Below are positions 53,260-64,000 of a DNA stretch of 64,000 nucleotides, piece by piece. A program made the translations under genes and the position numbers. The DNA is taken from positions 69,936,001-70,000,000 of the forward strand of contig NC_043008.1 of NCBI RefSeq assembly GCF_006345805.1. Reading direction: 5' to 3'. The notes under the pieces were generated by a model. It had not been told where the DNA came from and did not search any database. It was given only the letters and a program-made list of their open reading frames with translations. This stretch comes from Octopus sinensis. Lineage: Eukaryota. Within the stretch, counting starts at the first letter, position 1; the number at the start of each line of letters is the position of its first letter.

Positions 53260-54000
53260 GTGATGGTGGTGGGGGGGAACGTTGTTCTTGAAGGAGGTGT
53301 GTGTGTTACATGGTGGTGGTGGCAGTGGCGGTTGTAGTGGTGGTGGTGGTATTGGTGGTGTTGGTGTCTGTTGCATGGTAATATTCATGATGGCAGTGGT
53401 GATGGCAATGGGCATGGTGTCATGGTGGTGGTGGTGGTGATGATGGTTGTGGTGTGGTAGTTGCAGTAGTAGTGTTTAGTGTAGTAACATTCATGGTGGC
53501 AGCTGTAGTAGTGGTGGTGGTGTTGTTGATGTCTGTTGTTTGGCAATGCTCTTGATGGTAGTGGTGGTGGCAATGGATATGGCATCATAGTGGTAGTGGT
53601 GGGGGAGAGTTTTATGATATTCTGGTATGATAGAAGTAGTGGTAGCAGTAGAGTTGAATGTGGTAGTGGTTTGTCTTGTGTCTGTAGTTGGTAGTGTTCG
53701 GTGTTGGTACTAGCAATGGTGTCTTTGTGGTAGTGGTGGTAGTAGTTTGTGCTGGTATAGCTCTGGTTGTATTTCTTGTATTGTGTTAGTAGTAATAGCA
53801 ATGATGGTAGAGCTAATAATATTTCTGATTTAGTAATGGTATTGGTGGTAGTTGAGGGGTTGGCGTTTCTGAAGTGATGGTGATGGTTTTGGTTGATGTT
53901 CAATCTGTTGGTGTGTGTATGTGTGGGTCTTGGTGTAGTTGAACTAGTGGTGGTGGTGTTTGTGGTATAACTGTAATAATTTTGTTAGTGTTGTGGTTGT
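53260..54000. repeat. Degenerate (GGT/AGT)n low-complexity tract
   Basis: Directly visible. Produces the Pro/His/Thr-rich minus-strand ORFs. Confidence 0.85.
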
Positions 54001-54299
54001 CTAAATCCTGGTCAAGCCTGACTTACAATTAAACACAATCCATCCACAACCATCCCATCAATTTCAGCAGCCAGGATCACATCCAGTGTATCTTTCTTTT
54101 AAAATGCTAGGGTTTGATTGAGAGACATCTTGCTGCTATCTCTAGCAGGTCGAGTCCTTGCTTTTAGAGTTCTTCATTAAAACATCACCAATGGTGTTGG
54201 TGATGGTGGTGGTGGTTATAGTCATTGTTTATCATAGTAGTTCTGGTGGTAACTAGTGGAGTTTGTGATGCTATTTATTGCATAGTTATAGTGGTGGTT

Positions 54300-54620
54300 G
54301 TGAAGGAATGTGGCTTAGTGGTTAGAGTAATTGGCTCACGATTGCAAGGTTGTGAGTTCAATTCCTGGTGACACATTGTGTCCTTGAGTAAGACACTTTA
54401 TTTCATATTGCTCCAGTCCACTCAGCTGGCAAAATTGAGTAGTACCAGTATTTCAAAAGGCTAGCCTTGTCATATTCTGTCATGCCGAATCTCCCAAAGA
54501 ACTACGTTAAGGGTATGTGTGTCTGTGTCTGTGGAGTACTCAGCCATATGCACGTTAATTTCACTAGTAGTTTATTCTGTTGATTGGATCAAATGGAACT
54601 CTCATTATCATAACAGACAG
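54300..54620 (+). mobile_element. SINE family A
   Basis: Colinear with 12350-12625. Confidence 0.85.
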
Positions 54621-54743
54621 TGTCAGTTAGTAGTAGTGGTGGTAGTTATAGTAGTGGTTTCATCCCCCCCTCCACACTCTCCAGTTGATGCAATAAAAGA
54701 CGAGGGAAGAAAATGCAGGAAGAATGGAGTGTATAGTGCAGAG

Positions 54744-55346
54744 CAGTGGTTTTCAACCATTTTTAACTAGTGAATCTCTTTGATTCTTAATTTTACTGGG
54801 ATAGAACCTCCTAGCCATTCGATATTTAAAAATACCATGTTATGTTATCATTAAATATTATTAGGAATTGTATGAAAAAACAATTGTTAAAATATTTTGA
54901 ATATTGTAGAGGTATAATCAATTTATTACAGATAAATTTTAACAAAAATCCAATGCCCCCTCCCCTCTCAAAGGTCTTTTGTGTTGTGAGTTACTTGGTG
55001 ACCCTGTCAGTGCAAATGCCACATAAAAAGCATCCAGTCCACACTGTAAAGTGGTTGGCATTTGGAAGGGCAACCAGTTGTAGAAACTTTGTCAAAACTG
55101 ACCTTGCTTGTGCTTGTGCCACATAAAAAGCACTAAGTCCACTCTGCTGGGTGGTTGGTGTTAGGAAGGGCATACAGCAATAAAAATCCTGCCAAAGCAG
55201 TCATAGAAGTCTGGTGCCGGCTTCTGCCTGGCCAGCTCCTGTCAAACCATCCTACTCATATGAGTATGGAAGGTAGATATTAAATGATGTTGATGATGAT
55301 GATGATGTATATTCAAGGGCCATATGGAGCTTAGTTGAAATCACTG
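54744..55346. mobile_element. hAT MITE with a nested family D element (~54985-55308)
   Basis: TIRs CAGTGGTTTTCAAC / GTTGAAATCACTG. 8-bp TSD GTGCAGAG (54736) / GTGTAGAG (55347). Confidence 0.8.
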
Positions 55347-56456
55347 GTGTAGAGCATTGTAAGGTAAGAAACAATAGAGATGATGAAAGGGTATATTCAG
55401 AGTGAGCATCAAGGGTGCTGAGGTGCGTTGTTAGCTAGTTGAGGAGTCATAGCAGTAGTAGTAGTAGTAGAGAGAGAGAGACATAGACAGACAGAACTCT
55501 GAAATATCAGTCAGACATGACTGGAAATTATAAGTGGATCTTTACTTTCAAAAATATTAATGAAAATCACTGAAATATAATAGAATAAAGACTGCATAAT
55601 GCTGATGGATCAATACTTAGCAAGGGTGATGGTGGTGGCACTGGTAGCAGTGGTGTGGTGGAGGTTCCGGTTGGTAGATGTGGGTTGGCAGGAATGAAAC
55701 CAATTTGCCATTTAAACAGAAGAGAATCATGAAAATTTGATGCCTTTCACTTGTGTTTGTTTTCTGTTTGTCTCTTTTGTTTTCAATCAAGTAATCAGGT
55801 GCTTCAATTAATACAGAATTGATTTCAAAAACTGACTGTAATTAGGCTAAAAGCCCTTAAATTCTTTAAAAATCCCTTAAACTCAGAATCTTGAAGACTA
55901 ATGGTTCTGCAGAATTGAAAACAGCAAACACACACATGCACACACATACATACACACACAAATAAAAAATAAAAAATACACACACATGGAGAATTTCAGA
56001 GTTCATAATGGTTACTGCCAAAGAGAATCGCATCAGTTGTATGGTTTATTATCCCAACTCATCTCTCTCATCCCATCTCTCATCTCATCTCATCTCATTG
56101 CTTTATTCCTTACTCTTCTTTCCACCCCTATTGAAAAAAGAAAAACAAAAAAAAAAAGGGAGCAAAAGAAGTATAAATAACAAAGGACAAGCCAATCAAC
56201 TTCATTCACCCATGTTCCATTGTCATGTGTTGACTTCACTTTGATTGGTTTAACTGTAACAACAATGGACATGGTATTCCTCAAAACAAACTGATGTAGT
56301 TACCCTGATTTTTATAATTCCTCCACCCTGCATTGTGTTTCATCAATAATGAAACATTTCACTGCAATTAACAAGAAATACCCACTTCTCTCCCTTTCCT
56401 ACAGTAGCAATAATAATAATTATTAGGATTATTATTATAATTATTATTATTGTTAT

Positions 56457-57290
56457 TAAGGTGTGAGGCTGGCATAAACATTAGCACATCAGACAAAATG
56501 CTTAGTAACATTTCTTCTGATGCTTTATAATCTGTGTTCAAATTCTGCCGAGGTCGACTTTGCCTTTCATCCTTTTGGGGTCAATAAAATAAGTATCACC
56601 TGATCTTGTTGGCCTTTTACCAAAATTTTAAACCATTATTTATAATATTTAAGGTGGGGAGCTGGCAGAAACGTTAACATGCCAGACGAAAAGCTTAGCG
56701 GTATTTCATCTATCTTTATGTTCTGAGTTCAAATTCTGCCAAAGTTGACATTGCCTTTCATCCTTTTGGGGTCGATAAATTAAGTACCAGTTACATACTG
56801 GGGTCATTCTAATCGACTGGTCCCCTCCCCCAAAATTTCGGGCCTTGTGCCCAGTGTAGAAAAGATTATTTATAGCATTTACATGAAATATCATTATTAT
56901 TATTATTAAGACAGTGAGCTGGCAGAATCGTTAGCATGCTGGACAAAACACTTAGCAGTATTTTGTCTGTCTTCACGTTCTGAGTTCAAATTCCACTAAG
57001 GTCAATTTTGCCTTTCATCTTTTCAGAGTTGATAAAATAAGTATCACCTGATCTTGCTGGCTTTATGCCAAAATTTTAAACCATTCTTTATAATGTTTAC
57101 ATGAAATATCATCATCATCATCATTATTATTAAGGCAGCAAGCTGGCAGAATTGTTAACACACTGGATGAAATGCTTAGTGATATTTTTCCCATTGCTAT
57201 GCTCTGAGTTCAAATTCTGCCAAAGTCGACTTTACCTTTCACACTTTCATGGTTGATAAAATAAGTACCAGTTGAACACTGAGGTTGTTA
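56457..57290 (+). mobile_element. Head-to-tail array of 4 SINE B copies
   Basis: Heads at ~56457, 56651, 56907 and 57131. Confidence 0.9.
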
Positions 57291-57689
57291 TAAGTGTGTG
57301 AATCTGAGAGGGGAGCATGTTGAAGAAGATCATAATTAAATGATCCTCTTCTATTTTCTTTTACCCAAAGTCAGAAACTTTTTAGCACTCCCTTGTCCAT
57401 GACAATGCTATGTGAAATTGGTGTGTTCAGGGGTGGATCAACAAACAATCTCACAGTGTTTTTGTAATCATGGCTAAAACATTATTACTTTTAGTTCACA
57501 GTGATTTCTATAGATTAAGAGGAAATTCTAATGGTGAGCATTACTTATAGTCACACACACACACACACACGCATAGAGAAAGATAGATACACACACACAT
57601 ACACAAATTATAATATGGCACGGAAGTGGAAACATTGGTTTTAGAATTGTTATTTTTCATTAATATTCACTTACCATTATGTTAACAGG

Positions 57690-58040
57690 CACCACCATCA
57701 CATAACTACCATCACCACATTAGCATAACTGCAACTGCCATCAAAATTAATTACCATCACCATCAGAATACCACTCACTACTACCACCACTACTGTTACC
57801 ATCATCACAAAGACTATTATTGCCATCACCTTAACAACAACAACAACCACCACCACCACCAACACAACTGTCACCACCACTATCACAACTCCATCATCAT
57901 AATCCCAACAACCACCAGCACTACCTTCAACTCAAATACAAACTACCATGAAAATCACATCACCACCACCACCACCATCACCTCCACTGCCACAACCATT
58001 ACCAATGCCACCACTACCATCTCCATCTTCTTCACCTAAC
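57690..58040. repeat. Degenerate (CAC/CAT)n low-complexity tract
   Basis: Directly visible. Confidence 0.85.
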
Positions 58041-58171
58041 ATTTATAGAACAATATAACAATATATAAAAGTCTGCATCAGTGACAGAAAGAGTGTGGAG
58101 TAGGAGATGAGAGAACAATAGTTGCTAATAGACTGAGAATAGAATAGAAACAGATGGCTTTCAAACATACA

Positions 58172-58209
<38 letters not shown>

Positions 58210-58854
58210 CATTCACAACTGTTCATTTGCATCAAATTGAAGAATGGTAAATATATGCTTAAAAACAACTGATTCTAAACTATAATATAAAGTGCCGGCA
58301 TTATTGGTAGTACAGGTGTTGTTGTTGGTGGTGGTCGTAGTAAAAGTGGTGGTGGTTGATGTTTTAGCTCCAGGTCATCCCTGACTAAGCATTCCAGTGA
58401 TCAGACATTCCAACTATGACCATTCCATCTTTTTTCCTATATGGAGAAGAATTCAGGACTATGTTTGCCAACATAAACTTTTTCTTAAGATGATTATAAT
58501 TTGAGGGTTATTTGGCTGCTATTTCTAGAAGATCAGTGACCACATAGAGACACCCATGTTAAGAGGAGTATTGTTGCCACTAGTGGTGTTGATGTTAGTA
58601 ATGATATTGATGATGGTGTTGAAGAAATATGTAGCACTAAAGAAAATGAAGGCTGAAGGAGAGAGTGAGAGATAGGCAGGATAACTGTGTCTGTATGTGT
58701 GTGTACACATACATACGGTCATTTTCGATATGCAAGAATGGAATAGTTAGGGCCACTGCACTGTGCACCAAATGTAACCAAATGGTGCTGTGAGTTCCAA
58801 AAGGATTTAAAAAAAGAAGGAAAAAGTTCCTTTCTAAGTCATATTGATTCATAG

Positions 58855-59050
58855 GCCTGGTTTCCTGTATTCTCTGATTTATATATTCCCCACTTGGGCC
58901 AGATGCTGGTTCATCATAGGAATACTCACTTTTACCACCTGAGTGGGCTGAAGCAATGTATTTTACACAAGAACACGATACATTGCCCAGTCAGGAATAG
59001 ATACCACAAACTTGCAATCATGAGTCCAACACCCTAACCACTAAGCCAAG
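58855..59050 (-). mobile_element. SINE family A-type
   Basis: Colinear with 6020-6225. Confidence 0.7.
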
Positions 59051-59129
59051 TGTTGTTTTGAGTTTCAAGGCAGACTGACAAAGAAAGGCTTATGTATGTA
59101 GCAAATTCACTGACACAATTAGCAGTAGC

Positions 59130-59600
59130 AACATTTGTGACAGTTTTTCAAATTCTCCAAAGGCTCCGTAGATGATCTTAATAGATTCTGATTCCTAGGC
59201 AACCTAATTAGCTGTGGAAAGATGTCAGAATAAGAGCAAGGTGTGAAAAGTTTGCTAAGTATTATCTTTGCTGGCAACACTGAAATTTTTTTTGTAATGA
59301 AGGATAGGTTGTATGATACTTGTCTACAAAGTGTGATTCTGGATGGTAACAAAATATGGGCAGTTCAAGAGGAGAATGAGTAACAACTGGAAAGAAATAA
59401 GGCAAAGATATTCTTCTAGATATGTAACAGAATATCTGAGCATGAAGAAGCTTAGAGAAAACTCAGTAATAGAAGAATCAGATGTAGTGTGGAAGAGAGA
59501 AAGTTACCCAGCTATTTGGAAATTCCTCAAAATGTCAATGGAGGTGCCTGTGAGGAATCCCCAATTCAGATTTTTTGCCCATAGTTTCAAATGACTATAT
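59130..59600 (+). mobile_element. Highly decayed RTE fragment
   Basis: RF*FLGNLI and KDRLYDTCL resemble 24830-25060. Confidence 0.5.
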
Positions 59601-59906
59601 TAAAATGTAGATTTCAGAGAAACAAGGATTACACCTTTCATAGCCATTTATTTGGGGACCTCTTGTTCTGTAATGGACCAGTTGCTTTGATGATAGTTAA
59701 AAATCATCATCCTTTAACTACCAGATTTATTTGAAGAGTGAGGTGGTGAGGTATCTTCCTGAGTATCTGAATATATGCACATGTTGCTAGAATTTCCTCT
59801 TAAATTGATTTTTCAGAAAACCCTACATTTTCTAAAGGTTGTTGGTAACAAATCAAATCACAATGGCTATTCAGATTATGCTGTGTTTATAAAATTTCTT
59901 GCTTAA

Positions 59907-60127
59907 CCCTTTTGTTGCTGTATTCATTTTGAGATGTTCTGTGTTTCTTTCAATTAATTTTAAATATAAAAAAGAATTTAGTAAAATAACTTAGGTATTA
60001 TTAAGCTGGTGTTAGGAACATAAATTGTGACTATGAGTTAGTGGAAGATTTTAATTAAAAACTCATGAAAACAAGACATTTGTACTACAGAGAGAGGGTG
60101 GTTTCAACCGGGTTGGTATCAAAAGAG
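59907..60127. mobile_element. piggyBac-like MITE, 221 bp
   Basis: TTAA|CCCTTTTG ... CAAAAGAG|TTAA. Confidence 0.75.
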
Positions 60128-60136
60128 TTAAATATT

Positions 60137-60349
60137 CTTTTCTACTCTAGGCACAAGGCCCAAAGTTTTTGGAGAGGGGGCCAGTTGATTATATCAATTC
60201 CAGTATGCAAGTGGTACTTAATTTATTGACCTGAAAGGATGAAAGGCAAAGTCGACTTTGGCAGAATTTGAACACAGAATATGAAGACAGACAAAATACC
60301 ACTAAGCATTTCATATGGTGTACTAACATTTCTGCCAGCTCGCCTCCTT
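60137..60349 (-). mobile_element. SINE family B, full length
   Basis: 16-bp TSD AAAAGAGTTAAATATT (60121) / AAAAGGGTTAAATATT (60350). Confidence 0.9.
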
Positions 60350-60484
60350 AAAAGGGTTAAATATTGTGATGTTGCCTCTCTTCTTGAAATATTTAAGTAA
60401 TTAGCAACATAATACTCAGAGTTATGATTCAGGAAACTTCATTTTCTAACAATAAATGATAATTATATATATATGTGTATATAA

Positions 60485-60521
<37 letters not shown>

Positions 60522-61019
60522 CATGTGTGTGTGTGTTTGAATACGTACACACACAGATATACACAGAAATGTACTCATGTATATATCTATGTATGTATTA
60601 ATATGTGTGTGTGTGTGTGTGTATGCATACACAATGCTGGTGAGAAAGAGAGGGGAGAGAAATGGGAAGTGTATCAACTGTAAAAAGACATGACAATCCG
60701 TTTTAGTTTGGAAACTCAGACAGTCTGGAAGTGTTCAATCAAAGACAATTAAGAAAAATTATGGAATCTACCCAAATGAGGATTCTTTTGTTATTCAACT
60801 GGAAAGAAAGTGAAAGTAGGACGGAGTGAAAGGGTGAGAGGGAGAGAGAGAGAGAGCTAGATTGATAGATAAAGAGAGAGAGAGAGAGAGAGAGAGAGGA
60901 AACAATAGAAGGGGAAGGAAGTGAAAGAAGGCGAGAAAGAATAAATGACTGAACTCTATAAATACAGATACAAATAAATAAATGAATAAATAAATAATGT
61001 ACTATGCAGCTAGTGAGAT

Positions 61020-61171
61020 TGATGACAGTGATAAGAATAAGTAAGAGTAGCTATAACAACTACAGCTACAATAACCACAAAAACTGCAATGACACTAGCA
61101 CCAAAAGTTTTACTACAACAATGACAAGAACATCAACAATGACTGCAGTTTTACCACCATTACTACTACTA

Positions 61172-61219
<48 letters not shown>

Positions 61220-61570
61220 TTGCTGCAACAATAACAATAAAAATAGTAAAGCTAAATCAAAGCGAGAGGAAGTACGTTGTTAAAACATCAACAACAACAA
61301 CAACAACATCAATTATCGTAACAACAGTGACTACAACCATAGCAACAAGAACAACCGTAACAAAAGTATCAGCAACAACAACAACAATCACACCAGTAAG
61401 AGCATCAGCAAGAACAACAACAGTAACAATTATATCAACGATAACTATAAAACAATAATAGGAAAAAGATTAACAACAACAACAACAGCAGCAGCAACAA
61501 TTACAACTGCAGCATTAACAACAACAGCAACACCAACAACAAAAATTACTACAACAATAGCAACAATGAG
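61020..61570. repeat. (CAA/CAG/CTA)n low-complexity tract
   Basis: Directly visible. Confidence 0.85.
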
Positions 61571-62470
61571 GACACCTTTATTTTCTAAATCAACAATTGC
61601 AGAAGAGAAGCAAAGTGTCCTGAAGAAAAAGAAGGGGAGAGAAAAAGTGAGAGAGAGAGAGAGAGAGAAGAGAAAGAGAGAGAGAGAGAGTAAACATAGA
61701 GAGAAAAGAGAAAAAGGGGATGTGTGGGAATAAAAGAAGGCAAGAAGGATGGGGAGGAGTAAAAACTAGATGACATCAAAGAGATGAAAGCAAAGAAATT
61801 ATGGTTGATTACATCTTAGAAAAAGATTCATATTTAGCTAATCACGATATTGTTTCTTCAGTTGTCATTACTATAGGTTTTTATTCTTTACATATTCACA
61901 CACACGCACACATTATTATTATTATTATTGTTATTATTATTATTATTGCATTTCTGTTGAGACTCGTGAGAGACAATTATATTATGTGTCTTCCATTTTC
62001 TGTCAACTCTCTAATTATTTATTCCTTCATGCCTTTATTTATATATTTATGATTTTTTTTCCCTTGAGATGGTGCGAGTTGAGTAGGTCTGTAAATGTAG
62101 ACATTTGTTTCAGCACCTGAAATCCCTGAAATTAATATCTTGTCTATAATAATTGCCCTAAAACTTCCCATGTTAGTCATGCATTCATTCTATATTTGTT
62201 GATTGTGTGCTTCAATGATGGATGTTATCATTTTTTTCTTCTTTTTTTAGTTTTCTCCTGCTTAGAGTATCAGTACTAAGAGTTTTGACTAAAGACTAAA
62301 GCTACCTCTCTGTTTCTCGGTTATAATACAATATAGAGTAATGATTGCACATGAATTTAATATCTATTGATCATCACAATCATCAACATTGTTGACAACA
62401 GTAGTAGTCCCCATTGTTATTATCATCATCATCACCATCATAATCATTGTCATTATCATCATCATTGTCC

Positions 62471-62501
<31 letters not shown>

Positions 62502-62964
62502 GCCTGATAACAGTGATAAGAATAAGTGAGAGTAGCTATAACAGCAACAGCAACTACAAAAACTGACACTAACACCAAAAGTAGCTTTTCCATGCTTGTT
62601 TGGGGCAGACAATTCATTGAGGCAAATTTACTATAGTTGGTTGCTCTTCTTTTTGCCAATCCTCATCTACTTCCAAGCTAGGTAATATTTCTCTAAATTC
62701 TGTGAACATGAACATCATAATGACCTGACAAGTTTTTCATGAAAGATTGCAAATGATTGGCACCACTCACATGATTGTGACATTTGTTTGCAGTTAGTGC
62801 TTGATACACATACATGCACACATATACGTACATTCACACAGATGTGCTTATAAATGTATGTGCATGAGTGTAAAATTTAAACAAGTAACAGATATTATTG
62901 CCATAAAAAGGCTAAAAAATTAATCCCCAAACTGAATCTTGTCTTATACTTCCTTATCAATAAT

Positions 62965-63172
62965 CTTTTCTACTATAGGCACAAAGCTTGAAATTTTGGG
63001 GACAGAGCTAGTCAAATATATTGATCCCTGCACTTGTACTTATTTTATCCATCCCAAAAGGATGAAAGCAAAGTCAGCCTTGATGGAATTTGAACTCAGA
63101 ATGTAAAGGTAGTTGAAATACTGCAAAGCATTTTGTCCAGTGTGCTAAGGATTCTGCCAATTCACCACTTTA
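62965..63172 (-). mobile_element. SINE family B
   Basis: GGAATTTGAACTCAGAA and GGATGAAAGCAAAGTC are reverse complements of the family B motifs. Confidence 0.8.
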
Positions 63173-63369
63173 ACTTACTTATTAATAATAAATATACACT
63201 CACATGGATAAACAGAGTGAATATTTCATATAAAAAAATCAGTTGCTAGTACCACTGGTCATAGATTATTCCTATATTTCCACTAATGAAATCTATTTTT
63301 CCAAAACATACAGAATTATCTTCTTTTGTTTGGAGAATATGCTTCTTTCTATGGCTGTGTTCCAACCCA

Positions 63370-63750
63370 GGCTGCAGCAACAAAGTCCACCCACCATACT
63401 TTTTGGTCCTTCATCACTGCCTTGATGTCATGGATACATTCCAGACCAGTGTCTGCAATCAAGTTGTTGATGTGTGATGACGTTTTCCTCTTCTTTCATC
63501 ACCATGAAGTGGGTTACTCAAGACTAATTTGGATACAGTGACCAGATAATTGCAGCTGTCTTCACCTGATCTTCTCGTAAACTTTTGGCAGGTCTCCATA
63601 AAGGCATTCATTTGTCATATATTGCTGCCATTTCACATTTAGGGCCATTCACAGCATCCTTGTGTAACATCCATTTAGCCTGTTTGATAACTTCTTTGTC
63701 AGTGTCCATGTTTCACTGCCATATAATAACACTAATTCGACAGCTGCAAT
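63370..63750 (-). mobile_element. RTE 3' fragment related to the 33-35 kb family
   Basis: Minus strand YGSETWTLTKKLSNRLNGCYTRML*MALNVKW...LYGDLP aligns with YGSETWTLSKKLERWLDGTYTRLLMRAQNLSW...IYGKLP. Confidence 0.8.
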
Positions 63751-64000
63751 GAATGAGTGAGCTTATTTGCATAAATCAGTCCCATGTCCATGACTAGTAT
63801 TTTGTTTTATGAATCCCAGGACGACAAGGTCAAAATTGACCATGGTAGGATTTGAACAAAAGTCATTGTGAATCATGGCTCTGCATTGTGCCTAATATCT
63901 CTCATTATGATCCATGTTAAAGTAACCTTTGAACATTAGTGTCTTGTGTCCTTCAGGTTTTAGGGACAGTTACCTGGTTTCCATGGTGAATAAGTGACTG

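Noticed and set aside
53385-53903. 172-aa His/Thr/Pro-rich ORF
   Set aside because: It is a translation of the degenerate (GGT)n tract.

Overview
AT-rich, repeat-dense eukaryotic DNA, probably intronic or intergenic. The microsatellite load and the SINE/RTE families suggest an octopus genome (inference). I could not recognise any host protein-coding exon. Nearly all listed ORFs are microsatellite artefacts or transposon remnants. The window holds: four recurring SINE-like families; a young 5'-truncated RTE LINE (33155-35282, 8-bp TSD) nested in a SINE; older RTE fragments, one with a PHD-like finger inside the RT region; Tc1 and DD37D mariner-like fossils; hAT- and piggyBac-type MITEs; and two non-autonomous Helitrons. 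The most notable signal is a dispersed set of short non-coding elements in or beside (TA)n tracts. They combine inverted-repeat arms with minimal type I hammerhead-ribozyme motifs (about ten motif hits, five with an intact CUGANGA/GAAA/NUH core). Four such fold-back elements cluster at 17.3-19.6 kb, one of them a spacer-less 622-bp palindrome. They resemble Penelope-like pLTR derivatives or retrozymes. All alignments and counts were made by eye and need computational confirmation.
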